Positions 36,971-47,765 of a stretch of 64,000 nt of DNA are shown in pieces. How positions within the stretch are numbered: position 1 is the stretch's first letter; each line of letters begins with the position of its first letter. The notes below the pieces were generated by a model. The model had not been told where the DNA came from and ran no database searches. It saw nothing but the letters and a program-made list of their open reading frames with translations. Source of the stretch: an uncultured virus (IMG/VR IMGVR_UViG_3300018494_004239) (taxonomy: Duplodnaviria; Heunggongvirae; Uroviricota; Caudoviricetes); the IMG/VR virus record IMGVR_UViG_3300018494_004239, one strand, 5' to 3'. The position numbers were made by a program, and so were the translations under genes.

Positions 36971-37431
36971 TAGATATTTATGAGAGAAGATTGCTTTTGT
37001 AGTCTTCTCTCTTTTTTTGCATTATTGATTATCACTGTGGTGATAGTTCTTTTTTATATATTGGATATGTAATTGTTTTTTCTTTGGTGTTTTAATCTAT
37101 ATGTGTATTTTAATAGTCTATATATGTTTATCTTTATATATACTATGTGTATTTTGCTATTTTATCGAATACAGGAATAAGGTTGGGTGGAGGGTGAAAA
37201 TAAAAAAATTTTATGAATATTTTTGTGAATAGATATTCAACTTTGAGTGCATTGTGTGTATTATGTGTATTTTAGTGGAACGTAGTTCCGTTTTATGCAG
37301 AACATGCAAAAAAGATGAATAAATGCAAGTTTTATGTCAGAATAAATGGGTTGACATTGTTAAAAAAGTATGATATAATGTGTTCAGCACAAATCCAAAC
37401 ACAATATATAGTAAGGAGTAATAAATAAAAT

Positions 37432-38184
37432 ATGCATAAATTTACATTAAGTGCGGAACAAGAATCGAGAAAAAATCAACTTATAAAACACGATACAAGA
37501 AAACAAGATGTCGAATATGCTTTCATCAGTAAGATTACTGGTATGGTTTACATAGGTTGGTCAAATAAGCAATTCGAGACGAGATTAAAGCAACATATCA
37601 AAAATGCACGCAATGGAATTGGTCAAAACAGCAAGTTCTATAATGAGATAAGAAAAAACGGGATTGAAAGTTTTGATTTTGTTATTTTGGAATTTGTTCC
37701 AAAAGGACAAGGACCAGCAAGAGAAAAAGAACTTATTCAATATCATGATACTTTTCGTAACGGATATAATTCAACGAGTGGTGGCGAAGGCGGCGAGAAA
37801 GTGGATGGTAAATTGTTTGCTCAATTATACGAAGAGGGTTATGAAGTAAAGGAAATTGCTGCAATGTATAATTACGATAAAGATACAGTACGATTAAAGT
37901 TGCAAGAATATGGATATGATACACGAGCAAATTGCACATCAAATCGTGGGCGCGAGATTCTAATGTGTGATATTGAAACTGGCGAAGTTCTGGAGCGTTT
38001 TTGCACTATAAGCGATGCTGGTAGGGAGATGAGGAGACGAGGACTTTCAAATACAAAAGAACTTAAAGGGACTGTTAGTAAGATTAGCGATTCTGCAAGA
38101 GTAGAAAGTCATAATGCATGTGGATATAAATGGAGGTATGCTGACAATAGCAAACCGATTCATCCAAATTGGGGTCGTACATAA
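37432..38184 (+). CDS. Free-standing GIY-YIG homing endonuclease with C-terminal HTH/NUMOD1-like domains
   Basis: YAFISKITGMVYIGWS, RLKQH, E..LI....GYN; ERF.TISDAGR and GYKWRY; own promoter 37351-37379. Confidence 0.85.
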   Translation: MHKFTLSAEQESRKNQLIKHDTRKQDVEYAFISKITGMVYIGWSNKQFETRLKQHIKNARNGIGQNSKFYNEIRKNGIESFDFVILEFVPKGQGPAREKELIQYHDTFRNGYNSTSGGEGGEKVDGKLFAQLYEEGYEVKEIAAMYNYDKDTVRLKLQEYGYDTRANCTSNRGREILMCDIETGEVLERFCTISDAGREMRRRGLSNTKELKGTVSKISDSARVESHNACGYKWRYADNSKPIHPNWGRT

Positions 38185-38567
38185 AAAGAGAAGGTTTTCC
38201 CTTCTCTTTTTGTTTTAAATATATGTTTATAATTGATATATAAAAGTAGCATTTCGGCAATAGAAGGTGTTTACTGCCGATATGCTACTATTGTTTCATC
38301 GGGTTTGCATTGTTTCATTACTGATGAAATAATGGAAGTCTTAATGAAATAATTTTGTGTTTTAACTTTTTTGTGGAGTAATGGGATTAGCGGAGTGTTC
38401 TTTTTTGATGGGTCGTGAAGGTGGGATGGGTGGAATGCACTCATTGGGTGTATTCTATTTTTCATTCTGATACAAAGTAGTATCAGTTTGTATCAAAACA
38501 GAAAAGGTTGACACATTAGACATAATGTGATATAATTATGATAACAAAAGAAAGAGAGGAAAACATT

Positions 38568-38957
38568 ATGGCAAAATACACTTATACTTACAAGAAGGTT
38601 TATCTTTTTTGGGTCGAAAACAACGAAATTCAGAGAAAAGAAATTGAAATCGAGATTCCAGATTGGAAAGATGCTATTTATCTGTCGTTAAGTTCTCGTT
38701 TATATGAATGTAAAGAGAAACAGGAAATCATGAAGTTAATTGACGATGTTTTTTCGTTGCGACCAACTCTTAATAGCGAATACGAAATTGTGCGGGTAGA
38801 TAGTCCATTTGCCAGAGTTGGTAAATATGGCATGTGGAGTTATTCCGATGATGTAGAAAAGTATCGGAGTAAACTGCAGGAGAAAATTGCAGAGGAAATT
38901 AAGGATATTAGGGAAGAACTTATAAAGAAACAAAAACTTTTGCGGGATATTCTTTGA
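38568..38957 (+). CDS. Hypothetical protein
   Basis: Promoter 38508-38536, GAGG RBS, downstream terminator. Confidence 0.7.
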   Translation: MAKYTYTYKKVYLFWVENNEIQRKEIEIEIPDWKDAIYLSLSSRLYECKEKQEIMKLIDDVFSLRPTLNSEYEIVRVDSPFARVGKYGMWSYSDDVEKYRSKLQEKIAEEIKDIREELIKKQKLLRDIL

Positions 38958-39263
38958 TAAAATAGACGGTCTGGGTTAACAGACCGTCTATTGTCGTTTC
39001 TGGGGCGATTTAATGGCGATTTGGGAGGTTTTGTGGAGTGGATAGGGTTCGTGTATGGTTAGAAAGTATTTGCTGTTTTAGGGGATTTTGAAGGGCGGTG
39101 GGAGAGGCGTTGTTCTTATGCAGTCTGTTGCTTGTCGCAAGGTGCGACTATTGATTCACTGTTCATAAAAAAGACACAATTGTTTTTACATAAAAAGGTT
39201 GACATTGCCATTGGATTATGATATAATAAGTTCAACAAAATAAAGAAAGGCGGTATTCCGAAA

Positions 39264-39671
39264 ATGGACTACACAAAGACAAGAGCAGAAGACATCGCAG
39301 CAGAATTTTTCAAGGGACACCCTAACGAAGAAGTTGAAATTGCATATGCAGAAGAGAAAATTCGAGAAGCATATATGGTTGAGACTGGCGAAGAATTGAG
39401 AGACCCTGGTAGAACCGTTAGACTTCTTTACGAACTCGAATTCGTCGAGAGACCGAGAAAGGGTGTTTACAAGTACAACCCTGCAACTTCTTCCAATAAC
39501 ACAAGTAAAGAGGCTGTCGGTCACAGTGTGAGACCGAAAAACTATGTTTTCGATATGCAGACTGTTGAAGCAGCACTCGCAAAAGCGAAGACAAGTAAGG
39601 ATGAAAATGCAAGACGATGCTTTCAGAAGATGTATAATGCACTGAAAAAGCACGGCATTGTAACATATTAA
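39264..39671 (+). CDS. Hypothetical protein, probable winged-helix
   Basis: Promoter 39199-39227; FFK.HPN...RDPGRTVRLL......RKGVYKY.P. Confidence 0.7.
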   Translation: MDYTKTRAEDIAAEFFKGHPNEEVEIAYAEEKIREAYMVETGEELRDPGRTVRLLYELEFVERPRKGVYKYNPATSSNNTSKEAVGHSVRPKNYVFDMQTVEAALAKAKTSKDENARRCFQKMYNALKKHGIVTY

Positions 39672-39813
39672 AAATTATGTACATTTGCAAAGGGGTCGAA
39701 ATCGACCCCTTTAATTTTTAAATAATCATTTTGCATATTGTTAAAAATAAGTTGACAATTGCCAAAAAATGTGATATATTGGGTGTATAAAAAATCATAT
39801 GGAGGTTTTCTTT

Positions 39814-40461
39814 ATGCGCATTATGCTACCAGTTGTTATGGCGGTTCTTTTATGTGTGCTTCTTATCTCTTGCGGGGCAAAAGATGTTTCCGCACCAACA
39901 GACACCCCAACTGAATCTATTACTCAAACCGAGGGGTCTGTTGAAGCAGATAACTCCGAAAATGCGACAACACCAACCGATACTGCACCAAAGGAAGAAA
40001 GTCAATATATCTACTTGGGCGGTACGAAAAGCGATGTTGCTCCAGAATGTAAGGTATTGGTAAAAGAAGTTGAAAAAAGTGAATATTGTTTTGTGGAAGA
40101 TAAGGATAGTCGAAGCGGATATTCGCTGAAAGTTTCCGAAAAGAAGCGATTACCCTGTGGAATTACAAATAAAGGCGAAGCAGATACTCAATCTGAATAT
40201 GGAGAAACAATTGCTTCTGGGTCAAATATAAATGGAGAAAAGAAAATTTCTTATACAGCAATTAGACGAACTGAACCTGCATCTGACGAAAATGATGTGT
40301 ATTTCATTTATGTGGATTATGGTTGTAAAAATTGTCGAGTTGAATTCTTGACTACATTGAGTACAAAAAATGAAACAACGGTCAACGACGACAAAGTAAC
40401 TGAATATGCAGCAAAAATTATTAAACAAATTGATTTTCATTGTCCCACTTGTTGCGAATAA
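39814..40461 (+). CDS. Hypothetical lipoprotein
   Basis: LISC lipobox, Thr/Pro linker, two CxxC motifs. Confidence 0.75.
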   Translation: MRIMLPVVMAVLLCVLLISCGAKDVSAPTDTPTESITQTEGSVEADNSENATTPTDTAPKEESQYIYLGGTKSDVAPECKVLVKEVEKSEYCFVEDKDSRSGYSLKVSEKKRLPCGITNKGEADTQSEYGETIASGSNINGEKKISYTAIRRTEPASDENDVYFIYVDYGCKNCRVEFLTTLSTKNETTVNDDKVTEYAAKIIKQIDFHCPTCCE

Positions 40462-40512
40462 AAGATAAGGACTTGGTTGCAATAACCAAGTCCTTTTTTG
40501 TATATGTGTTAA

Positions 40513-41178
40513 TCAGATTTCGCTTTCCATTTCCAAGAGTTCTTCTTTTGTGAATACATCTTTTTCAATTAAAATTTCGGTTCTCGTGCGATTATTTCTT
40601 TTGTTTTCTTGGCAACAATTTTCGACGATACCTTTGATAGTATCTATATCCTTGAAATAAAGGGGCAATTCATGTTTGCAATTTATATAACTGGAATTTC
40701 TTACATCGCCCTTGAAGTGTTTAGTAGCATACTCTGTTTTTCTTATAAAAAATGGAGAATCAACTTTAAAGATTGGAAAATCGGTGTCTTTCACTATATC
40801 TAAAATAGTATTATACTCGATAGTAAAAGTAAATCTTTCGCCTTTGAATTCATATGTATGTTCTAAATAATCTTTTTGCAAGGCAATACTTTCATTTGTT
40901 CTTTTTCTAAAATCCCAAATATAATTCTTAAAAATACTGTTGTAGCACACTAAACCAAACGGAACGGCCATTATAGCGATTAGAAATGCTTCGAGGAACA
41001 GAAAAACAATTAGTTCTGGTACTGGAAAAATTATAAATAAGATAATTGGAATTATGATTGGCAACGAGAAAAAGAATAGCGCAAATATATATGCAACTAT
41101 TTTCTTTCTGATTAAGGTTCTTTTGCATTCTTTTATGAATTCTGCTTTTCTCTGCTCATCAACATAATATGTTTGCAT
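40513..41178 (-). CDS. Hypothetical membrane protein
   Basis: Two TM helices; AAGGAGG RBS. Confidence 0.7.
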   Translation of the reverse strand: MQTYYVDEQRKAEFIKECKRTLIRKKIVAYIFALFFFSLPIIIPIILFIIFPVPELIVFLFLEAFLIAIMAVPFGLVCYNSIFKNYIWDFRKRTNESIALQKDYLEHTYEFKGERFTFTIEYNTILDIVKDTDFPIFKVDSPFFIRKTEYATKHFKGDVRNSSYINCKHELPLYFKDIDTIKGIVENCCQENKRNNRTRTEILIEKDVFTKEELLEMESEI

Positions 41179-41289
41179 ATGGTTGCCTCCTTCAAATATA
41201 TATGAAGAAATTATAAAGCATTTTTACAGAAAAATCAATTAACAAACTTATGAAAAAATCCGAGACCACTGGTCTCGGATTGTTGTTTT

Positions 41290-41991
41290 TTAAATGATAA
41301 TTGCGAAATTAACATTTGGTAAGTCATTAATTTCATCCATAATTTTATCGACATCTGCTTTTTTGCCCAACTTTAGGAACATTTCTGCACCAACTGCTTT
41401 GGGATTTTCTGTCTTTGCTTTGGTAAGACTAATCTGGTTTATGGTGATATCTTTTGCTTCAATATTCTTCAAACTCGCATTTAGAAATTTTGCATCTTCG
41501 AATTCCACGAAAACACTAACACGGGTTGTGTTTCTATACAACTTTTTATCTACACTGCCAAGTTTTCCAGTGATGAAAAATACTAATAATGCACCGACAA
41601 TTGCTGCTTCATAGAAACCATAACCAACCGCAATACCAACAGCACCAGTTGTCCAGACACAAGCGGCTGTGGTGAGGCCTGTTACGACAGATTTGTTTTT
41701 AACCAATATTGTTCCTGCCCCAAGGAAACCGATACCAGATACAACCTGTGCGGCAATTCTCGTTACATCGCCAGTTCCATAGGTCGCATTGATATGTAGA
41801 CCAACCATCGAGGCAATTGTTGCACCAAGACAAACAAGTATGTGGGTTCTTAAACCTGCTGCACGACCAACTTTTTCTCGTTCAACACCAATGATACCAC
41901 TCAAAATTGTTGCCAAAAGCAGTCTTACGATTACAGACCAAATATTGAAGTCTCTTAATACTTCTACAATATATAGTATTTTCTCTGTCAT
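41290..41991 (-). CDS. mgtC: MgtC/SapB family protein
   Basis: IGVERE....AGLRTH.LV, RIAAQVVSGIGFLGAG and GLTTAA.W motifs. Confidence 0.92.
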   Translation of the reverse strand: MTEKILYIVEVLRDFNIWSVIVRLLLATILSGIIGVEREKVGRAAGLRTHILVCLGATIASMVGLHINATYGTGDVTRIAAQVVSGIGFLGAGTILVKNKSVVTGLTTAACVWTTGAVGIAVGYGFYEAAIVGALLVFFITGKLGSVDKKLYRNTTRVSVFVEFEDAKFLNASLKNIEAKDITINQISLTKAKTENPKAVGAEMFLKLGKKADVDKIMDEINDLPNVNFAIII

Positions 41992-42048
41992 ATTTCTCAC
42001 CTTCTTACAAGATTTTGTATAGGGGCGATTTCTCGCCCCTATTTGATT

Positions 42049-44427
42049 TTACTTGGAATAACGAATATCGTTATTTTTTGCCCACTTACTGATATATTCA
42101 ATAAGTTCTTTATCCCTTACTCTGTGAGGGGGATGGTCAGAATGTCCATAAAACTGGGTGATTGCATTGTAAGCGGGTTTTACTTCAAGAGTGAAGTAAG
42201 GAGTGTCAGGTTCGTCAACTTTTCTTACAAAGAGAATGACACTATCCCCTCGCTTGATGGCATCTCCATAAGAACCAACACAGTGGTTGAGCAATCTACC
42301 TTCCTCAAACAAATCTTTCAGTGTTTTCGGATAGGTAATCATATACTTCTGACCTTTGTGGGAATACTTTTTGCCGTATTCTTCGGTAGTTTTTTGGAAT
42401 TTTTCTTCGCTCTGTTCGTCTTCAATAATTTTCTTTTTGTAAACAACCTTATCGTGTTCGGTACGAAGAGCAGCGGGGTATTTCACTCGTCTGTCATTTA
42501 GGTCAGAACCAATAACTTCACAGGCATCCAAATAGTCTGCCCATTCAGAAGTTGCTGTTTGGGGATTTACACATTGTGTAAGACGAACTCGTTCAATATA
42601 TTCACAAATTTGATGAATGGAAAGACCAAATTTTCTACAAATATCTGCTACTTTATATACAGAAATGTAGTTGTTTGTAATATACTGATAATTTTCAGCA
42701 GTGATGTTGTTATCAAGGTTATAGAGTAATTGCAGAGAGTTGTGTGCATCAACTCGTCTATCGGGAGAAAGCGAGTTAAGAATTTTTACACAACTTTTAG
42801 AAATTCTCAAAGCAGATGCAACATCATTCTTTTCAAGGTCAAACTTTACTTCTGGAGAAAGTGTAATCCAATCAAATTTTTCCAAAATGTTAGAAAGGAT
42901 AGATGTTTGTCCTTCTTTTATGAATTTTTCGAGCACGGGATATTTTCTGTAAAGCAGTGCAAATGCAGCAACTGTGTCTGTACTTGCAGAATCACGATAT
43001 CTACTTTGCTCGTTAATTCTATCAATGGCAGACCATTGCATATTGAAATTGGTTGCCATATTGTGAATATAAGGGATAGATGAATTGTAGTTGATTTTGA
43101 AAGTTTTTGCCATAGAATAAGATAAACCATAACCATTGCCACGAAGAATTGTGGTGTTTGCCATAATGTTATCCTTGTCAAACTCTTTATCAATTACAAT
43201 AATAGTTTTGGGATAATGATTTTCGGTAATCGGGATAAATAAATTTCTTCCGTTTTCTGCCAAACAACGGTAAAGGGCATCAAAAATAATAATACCGTTA
43301 TTATAGTCGCAAACAACATTGACCGAATGTTTGATATTGTTTGTGGTTGTCAAATCCTTCATCCTATTGAAAGGAATGACTACACCGCAATGGTCGCAAG
43401 AGAACTCCATAGTCTCTCTTTCGGCAGCACTTTGGTATCTGTTAATTACAACAGAATTAATACCGCCACAGTCGGGACAAATATATTTAATGGTCTGTGA
43501 GTTTGCGATTTCATCAATCTCCGTAATGGTGTAATAAATATGGTCGTTTTTGACAGTGAAAGGAGTGGGTTTCGGGAGAGTTTCGTAAATGGACTTTACT
43601 AACATCTCTCGCTTATTTGCAGACTTGCTGACAGGTCTATTCTCTTTAATCATATAACGAACATTATCTAATTTTGCAAGGTCGATACTGTAAAAACCAT
43701 TGGTTTTGGTTTTGCTTAACAGTTCTTTGATGTTGTTCGCATTATAACCAGTAGTCATTGCGAAAAACTCATTGAATAAAGCATCCTCTGCCAAAATAAT
43801 TTTCTTACGGTCATAGGTTGTTGTATAGGAATTATAAAAGGATGCGGTTGACCGTCTGTAAGAACGAACATTTGCAATTTCCGACTTGCTAAAGATAATC
43901 ATATTTCCTTCATCAAGGAACATAAGATTTCTCTGACCAGTTGTTTCGTCAAAATTGAAAAATCCTTTGTATTCGTGAAGAATATAATAGGTTTCATCTT
44001 CGACAACTGCTTTGTCTAATACGAAAGTAGCATGGGAATTACGATAACGACTGTCGGAATTTCCATACTGGAAGTCTGCATGGAAGAAACTCTTGCTATC
44101 TTCTTCGGTGCAAATATAAATATCTACATCTTTTGAAAAAGTAAAGTCTTCCTTTAGGTCGCTAATTGCTCTCGGAGAGTAATAGGTATCATTGCTTCCA
44201 CATTCTGGGCAGACGAGAGTAGATACTTCGCCAGAGATAGAGAACCTATGACTGCAGTTGGAAGAAATGCAATCGGTTTTCTTCTCTTTTTTGCCATTAG
44301 GGACAATAATTGTTTTTTGCGAAGTCTTAAAAATCGGGAAGAAAATATTCTTTCCAATCATTTTAGTGATAAGTTTGGTGGGTAAATTATTTACCTCCAA
44401 AAGTGCTTCAAAATGTGCTTTTTTCAT
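42049..44427 (-). CDS. PcfJ-like domain protein with zinc ribbons
   Basis: C-terminal WADYL, P.AL...HD, EG..LNHCVGSY, ILFVR......PYFTLE; several CxxC pairs; GGAGG RBS. Confidence 0.85.
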   Translation of the reverse strand: MKKAHFEALLEVNNLPTKLITKMIGKNIFFPIFKTSQKTIIVPNGKKEKKTDCISSNCSHRFSISGEVSTLVCPECGSNDTYYSPRAISDLKEDFTFSKDVDIYICTEEDSKSFFHADFQYGNSDSRYRNSHATFVLDKAVVEDETYYILHEYKGFFNFDETTGQRNLMFLDEGNMIIFSKSEIANVRSYRRSTASFYNSYTTTYDRKKIILAEDALFNEFFAMTTGYNANNIKELLSKTKTNGFYSIDLAKLDNVRYMIKENRPVSKSANKREMLVKSIYETLPKPTPFTVKNDHIYYTITEIDEIANSQTIKYICPDCGGINSVVINRYQSAAERETMEFSCDHCGVVIPFNRMKDLTTTNNIKHSVNVVCDYNNGIIIFDALYRCLAENGRNLFIPITENHYPKTIIVIDKEFDKDNIMANTTILRGNGYGLSYSMAKTFKINYNSSIPYIHNMATNFNMQWSAIDRINEQSRYRDSASTDTVAAFALLYRKYPVLEKFIKEGQTSILSNILEKFDWITLSPEVKFDLEKNDVASALRISKSCVKILNSLSPDRRVDAHNSLQLLYNLDNNITAENYQYITNNYISVYKVADICRKFGLSIHQICEYIERVRLTQCVNPQTATSEWADYLDACEVIGSDLNDRRVKYPAALRTEHDKVVYKKKIIEDEQSEEKFQKTTEEYGKKYSHKGQKYMITYPKTLKDLFEEGRLLNHCVGSYGDAIKRGDSVILFVRKVDEPDTPYFTLEVKPAYNAITQFYGHSDHPPHRVRDKELIEYISKWAKNNDIRYSK

Positions 44428-44560
44428 ATCAATTCCTCCTTTTTCTTTAATATAATTATACCATAAAACACTGCGAATGTCAACCAGAAAATACAAAAAA
44501 CATACAAAAGAACCACTTTCAAAGAAAGTGGTTCTGTAATAAGACATAGTATTAACACAT

Positions 44561-45508
44561 TTAATTATCGAATGCAAATACAATACGAATGTCGTTAGGG
44601 TCGTCGATGCCGTACTTCTTTGCGATTTCTTTCATTTCTTCGATACCACAGTAAAGTGCAGTTTCTTTCTTTGCCTCTTCGTCCTTTTCCCAGACTACCA
44701 AAATAACTGGGCAAAGTGCAGACTGAAAAACATCCTGCAAAGTTTCAGGAGTGAATTCCTGAACGGTCATACCTTCGGGAAGAGTTCCGCCCATTCTCTT
44801 GAATGCTTCATAAAAAGCAACATCCATCTTGTATTTGTCAGAATAATAGTCCTTCAAATCAGCAGTGATGAGTTCGTGGAGAGAAAGGAAACTTGGGGTG
44901 TGGTAATCGCCGTGAGGACCGCAGTATTCGAAGTTTACTCTCCAGCGACCATAATCTTGCATTTCTTCATCCCAGTCGTCTTCGTAGTAATCTTTTAGAA
45001 ATGCTTCAATATTGGGGTAATACTTATAGTGAGGAATCCGTTCAAAGCGACCACCATTTGCATAAGCATCTCGAACATAATAATCGGGTGTCTGATTTCC
45101 GCTTTGAGTATAACCGAGAGAATTATACTGCTTATCAAATGTATCAACTTCTGTTCTTTGTTTTACATTGAGTGTCTCATATTCCTCTTTTGTGAGATGA
45201 GTTTTCTCAACAGCAGAAGGTTCGTGGTAATTACCGTCTTTGTCAACAAAGAGGATTTGACCATCATTGTCGTCATAAAATCTTTCTTTTGCTCTGTTTG
45301 TGTAAGTTTCGAAGTCAAATTTCATTGCACTGATGTCTTCGGGGAGACCCTTCGCTTCAAAGCCCTTGATGTTGAAAGAGTTTCTTACACCTGCAAGAAC
45401 TGAAAAAAGACCATAATTTCTGCTGTCAAATGATTCTGGGATTTCTTTTACCCATTGCCATTTGCCATTTTTTCTGATTTCTGTGATAATATGAATATCG
45501 CAACCCAT
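44561..45508 (-). CDS. MGCDIH-family hypothetical protein, paralog A
   Basis: MGCDIH, R.Y.LF..L..VRN, KGLP.D, H..S.L.L.EL and RIVFAFD motifs. Confidence 0.85.
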   Translation of the reverse strand: MGCDIHIITEIRKNGKWQWVKEIPESFDSRNYGLFSVLAGVRNSFNIKGFEAKGLPEDISAMKFDFETYTNRAKERFYDDNDGQILFVDKDGNYHEPSAVEKTHLTKEEYETLNVKQRTEVDTFDKQYNSLGYTQSGNQTPDYYVRDAYANGGRFERIPHYKYYPNIEAFLKDYYEDDWDEEMQDYGRWRVNFEYCGPHGDYHTPSFLSLHELITADLKDYYSDKYKMDVAFYEAFKRMGGTLPEGMTVQEFTPETLQDVFQSALCPVILVVWEKDEEAKKETALYCGIEEMKEIAKKYGIDDPNDIRIVFAFDN

Positions 45509-45521
45509 TTAAATTTCCTCC

Positions 45522-46154
45522 TTATTCGCAATCAATTTCTAACTTGGTTTTTTCGTGCATTTTCTTTAACTTTTCCATAGAAATTACACATTCGTTTTCC
45601 TTACCGTTTTCGTAACCTTCTAATGCAAGGTTGGTAGCATTTCCGTTTACAAAAATATTATAGACGGAAAGGAAAGGGTGTTCTTCCATCATCTCAAAGA
45701 ATAACTCACCGTCCACAATGTGATGTAGGGGAATCTGAACGGGAGTTTTATTTTCAACAGATTCTTTGGTGGCAGAGACCATATCGCCATTGTACTTAAA
45801 TTCAAGAGTAGAAACTGCATTATAAATGCCGTTTTCAACACGACACTCCAATACACCAGCATAATTCATCTTAAAGCGAATTAGTGTATTTTTCTTTTCT
45901 GCGAGCTTTCTCTCAAGTTTGTCGATTTCATTCTTTTGCGCCTTTAAGACTTCCTGCGCAAAGTGGTCAATACGACCATTTAAAGAAATCATAGAAACAG
46001 AAGAAATAGTGGTCTCTGGAACATCAAGCATACTCTTTGCATAATGTCGTTCAGAAATGCCAACTTTCTCAACAAAAATCTTGTTCTTTTCAATAACTTC
46101 CTTTTCCTCACGAGAAATCTTACCGTTTACAGAAGAAAAGATATATAACTTCAT
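45522..46154 (-). CDS. Hypothetical protein
   Basis: ORF with AAGGAG RBS and upstream minus-strand promoter. Confidence 0.7.
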   Translation of the reverse strand: MKLYIFSSVNGKISREEKEVIEKNKIFVEKVGISERHYAKSMLDVPETTISSVSMISLNGRIDHFAQEVLKAQKNEIDKLERKLAEKKNTLIRFKMNYAGVLECRVENGIYNAVSTLEFKYNGDMVSATKESVENKTPVQIPLHHIVDGELFFEMMEEHPFLSVYNIFVNGNATNLALEGYENGKENECVISMEKLKKMHEKTKLEIDCE

Positions 46155-46286
46155 AATTCATTCTCCTTTGTGTATTTTCTTTAATATTATTATACCACAA
46201 AGTATTCTCAATGTCAACCTGTTTTTATGAAAAGTATCTGATTTGGGTACTAAAAAAGCAACTTCGAAAAGAAGTTGCTTTTTGTG

Positions 46287-46856
46287 TTATCTAACAGTAA
46301 AAAACTGTACTTTTTTGATATATTCTTTTTTGAGTTCCCAAAAGGTTGCTTGTACCCATTTCCCACGAGCACACCAGTCCGTTTCTTTGGGTTCAATATT
46401 ATAAATTCCTTGCCAAGATTCTTCAATGACATGTTCTCTTTCTTCTTTCGAAAGACTATCTAACCATTCATGGTCTTTGTCAAAGGTTTCTTCATCCCAA
46501 CAATTGGTGTTTAAATACCATTTATTGAGAACAAAGTGCCAAGCATCGAAGTCTGTCAGGAGAACATCTTTATCTGGTACTTCAATTTCCATACAAACCA
46601 TTTTGTCGCCACGGCGTCCGTGTTCGGATGAAGAGCGAAGGTCTGGTTTCTTTCTTTTGAAGTCCCTTGTATGCCATGCCCAAACAGGGTATGTTACATT
46701 TTTAGGAGGTTTGCCGATTTTGATTTTCATTTCTTCGCACAACCATTTATATCTGTCTCGAAAAAATTTATCGGTTCGCCTACCATCACAAACATATTTA
46801 CCTGTTTCTAAAATTTTCTCATAAACTTCAACTGGTTGTACAGTCCATAAAATCAC
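46287..46856 (-). CDS. DUF3841-like protein
   Basis: ILWTVQ, Y.WL...M, YPVWAW, KPDLR, LLTDFDAWH.VLN, SW and QATFW motifs. Confidence 0.8.
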   Translation of the reverse strand: MILWTVQPVEVYEKILETGKYVCDGRRTDKFFRDRYKWLCEEMKIKIGKPPKNVTYPVWAWHTRDFKRKKPDLRSSSEHGRRGDKMVCMEIEVPDKDVLLTDFDAWHFVLNKWYLNTNCWDEETFDKDHEWLDSLSKEEREHVIEESWQGIYNIEPKETDWCARGKWVQATFWELKKEYIKKVQFFTVR

Positions 46857-46873
46857 AAAATCACTCCTTTTTG

Positions 46874-47764
46874 TTAAGAATCGAAAGCAAAAACGATACG
46901 AATATCTTCGTCGTTTACTATATTGTACTTTTCTTTAATCTTGCATAGTTCTTCAACACCTTCATTGTAATTTTCTTGGCAACAGGTTTCATAAGGGTCA
47001 ACTACAAAGGAAACTTTGTTATTGCCATCCACTTCGTCACCAATAATCATTGTTTCGGGAAAATCGCCACCTAATTCTTCTTTAAGACATACCAAAAACT
47101 CTTTATTAACCAAAAATTCTTTTTCGGAAGATTTAGTCATTACCTTGGTTTTGAGTTCTGCCAGAGAAAGATAAGAATGACTGTGGAGGTCGCTGTCAAA
47201 ATCGACATCATAGTATCCAAAGTCTTGCTCTTCATCATACCAAGGATAATTATAATATGCTTTATTGAATTCCTTGATGTCAGAATATAGGAAACGATAG
47301 GGAATTTCCATAAATTGCCCACCAACTTTTTGTGCATCCTGTACAAAATACTTTTGAGGGTAAGCGGTTTGAGTGGGAGAATAATAGCGAAGCGACTGTT
47401 CGTGTGTCATTCCGCTCTTAAGTTCTTCGTAAAATTCGAAATCAATTTCGGTTTTCAGACTTTCGTCATAAACTTGAACATATTTTTTGTCTTCTCCGCC
47501 AATATAACAGACAAAAGTCTCCTTGTGGTTATATGCTCTTTCGAGTTCTTCTCGGTGAGAAGTAAATCTAAAACGGCGACCACTAACATCGTGGGGTAGA
47601 CCTTTTTGCTCAAAACCATCTCGTCCGTAACTGTTACGGACATTTCTGTTTAAGATGGAAAAAACACCGTAACTTCTGCTGTCAAAAACAACGGGTAAGT
47701 CAGGGACATATTCCCACTTTCCATTTTTCTTTATTTCAACAATTGTATGAATATCGCAACCCAT
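46874..47764 (-). CDS. MGCDIH-family hypothetical protein, paralog B
   Basis: Same motif set as 44561-45508. Confidence 0.85.
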   Translation of the reverse strand: MGCDIHTIVEIKKNGKWEYVPDLPVVFDSRSYGVFSILNRNVRNSYGRDGFEQKGLPHDVSGRRFRFTSHREELERAYNHKETFVCYIGGEDKKYVQVYDESLKTEIDFEFYEELKSGMTHEQSLRYYSPTQTAYPQKYFVQDAQKVGGQFMEIPYRFLYSDIKEFNKAYYNYPWYDEEQDFGYYDVDFDSDLHSHSYLSLAELKTKVMTKSSEKEFLVNKEFLVCLKEELGGDFPETMIIGDEVDGNNKVSFVVDPYETCCQENYNEGVEELCKIKEKYNIVNDEDIRIVFAFDS

Positions 47765-47765
47765 A

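Noticed and set aside
37432..38184. Group I intron around the GIY-YIG gene
   Set aside because: It has its own promoter, RBS and terminator, and no interrupted host gene flanks it.
38468..38495. Inverted repeat TGATACAAA-N10-TTTGTATCA upstream of a promoter
   Set aside because: Single occurrence with no linked regulator; it does not match the NrtR-type operator.
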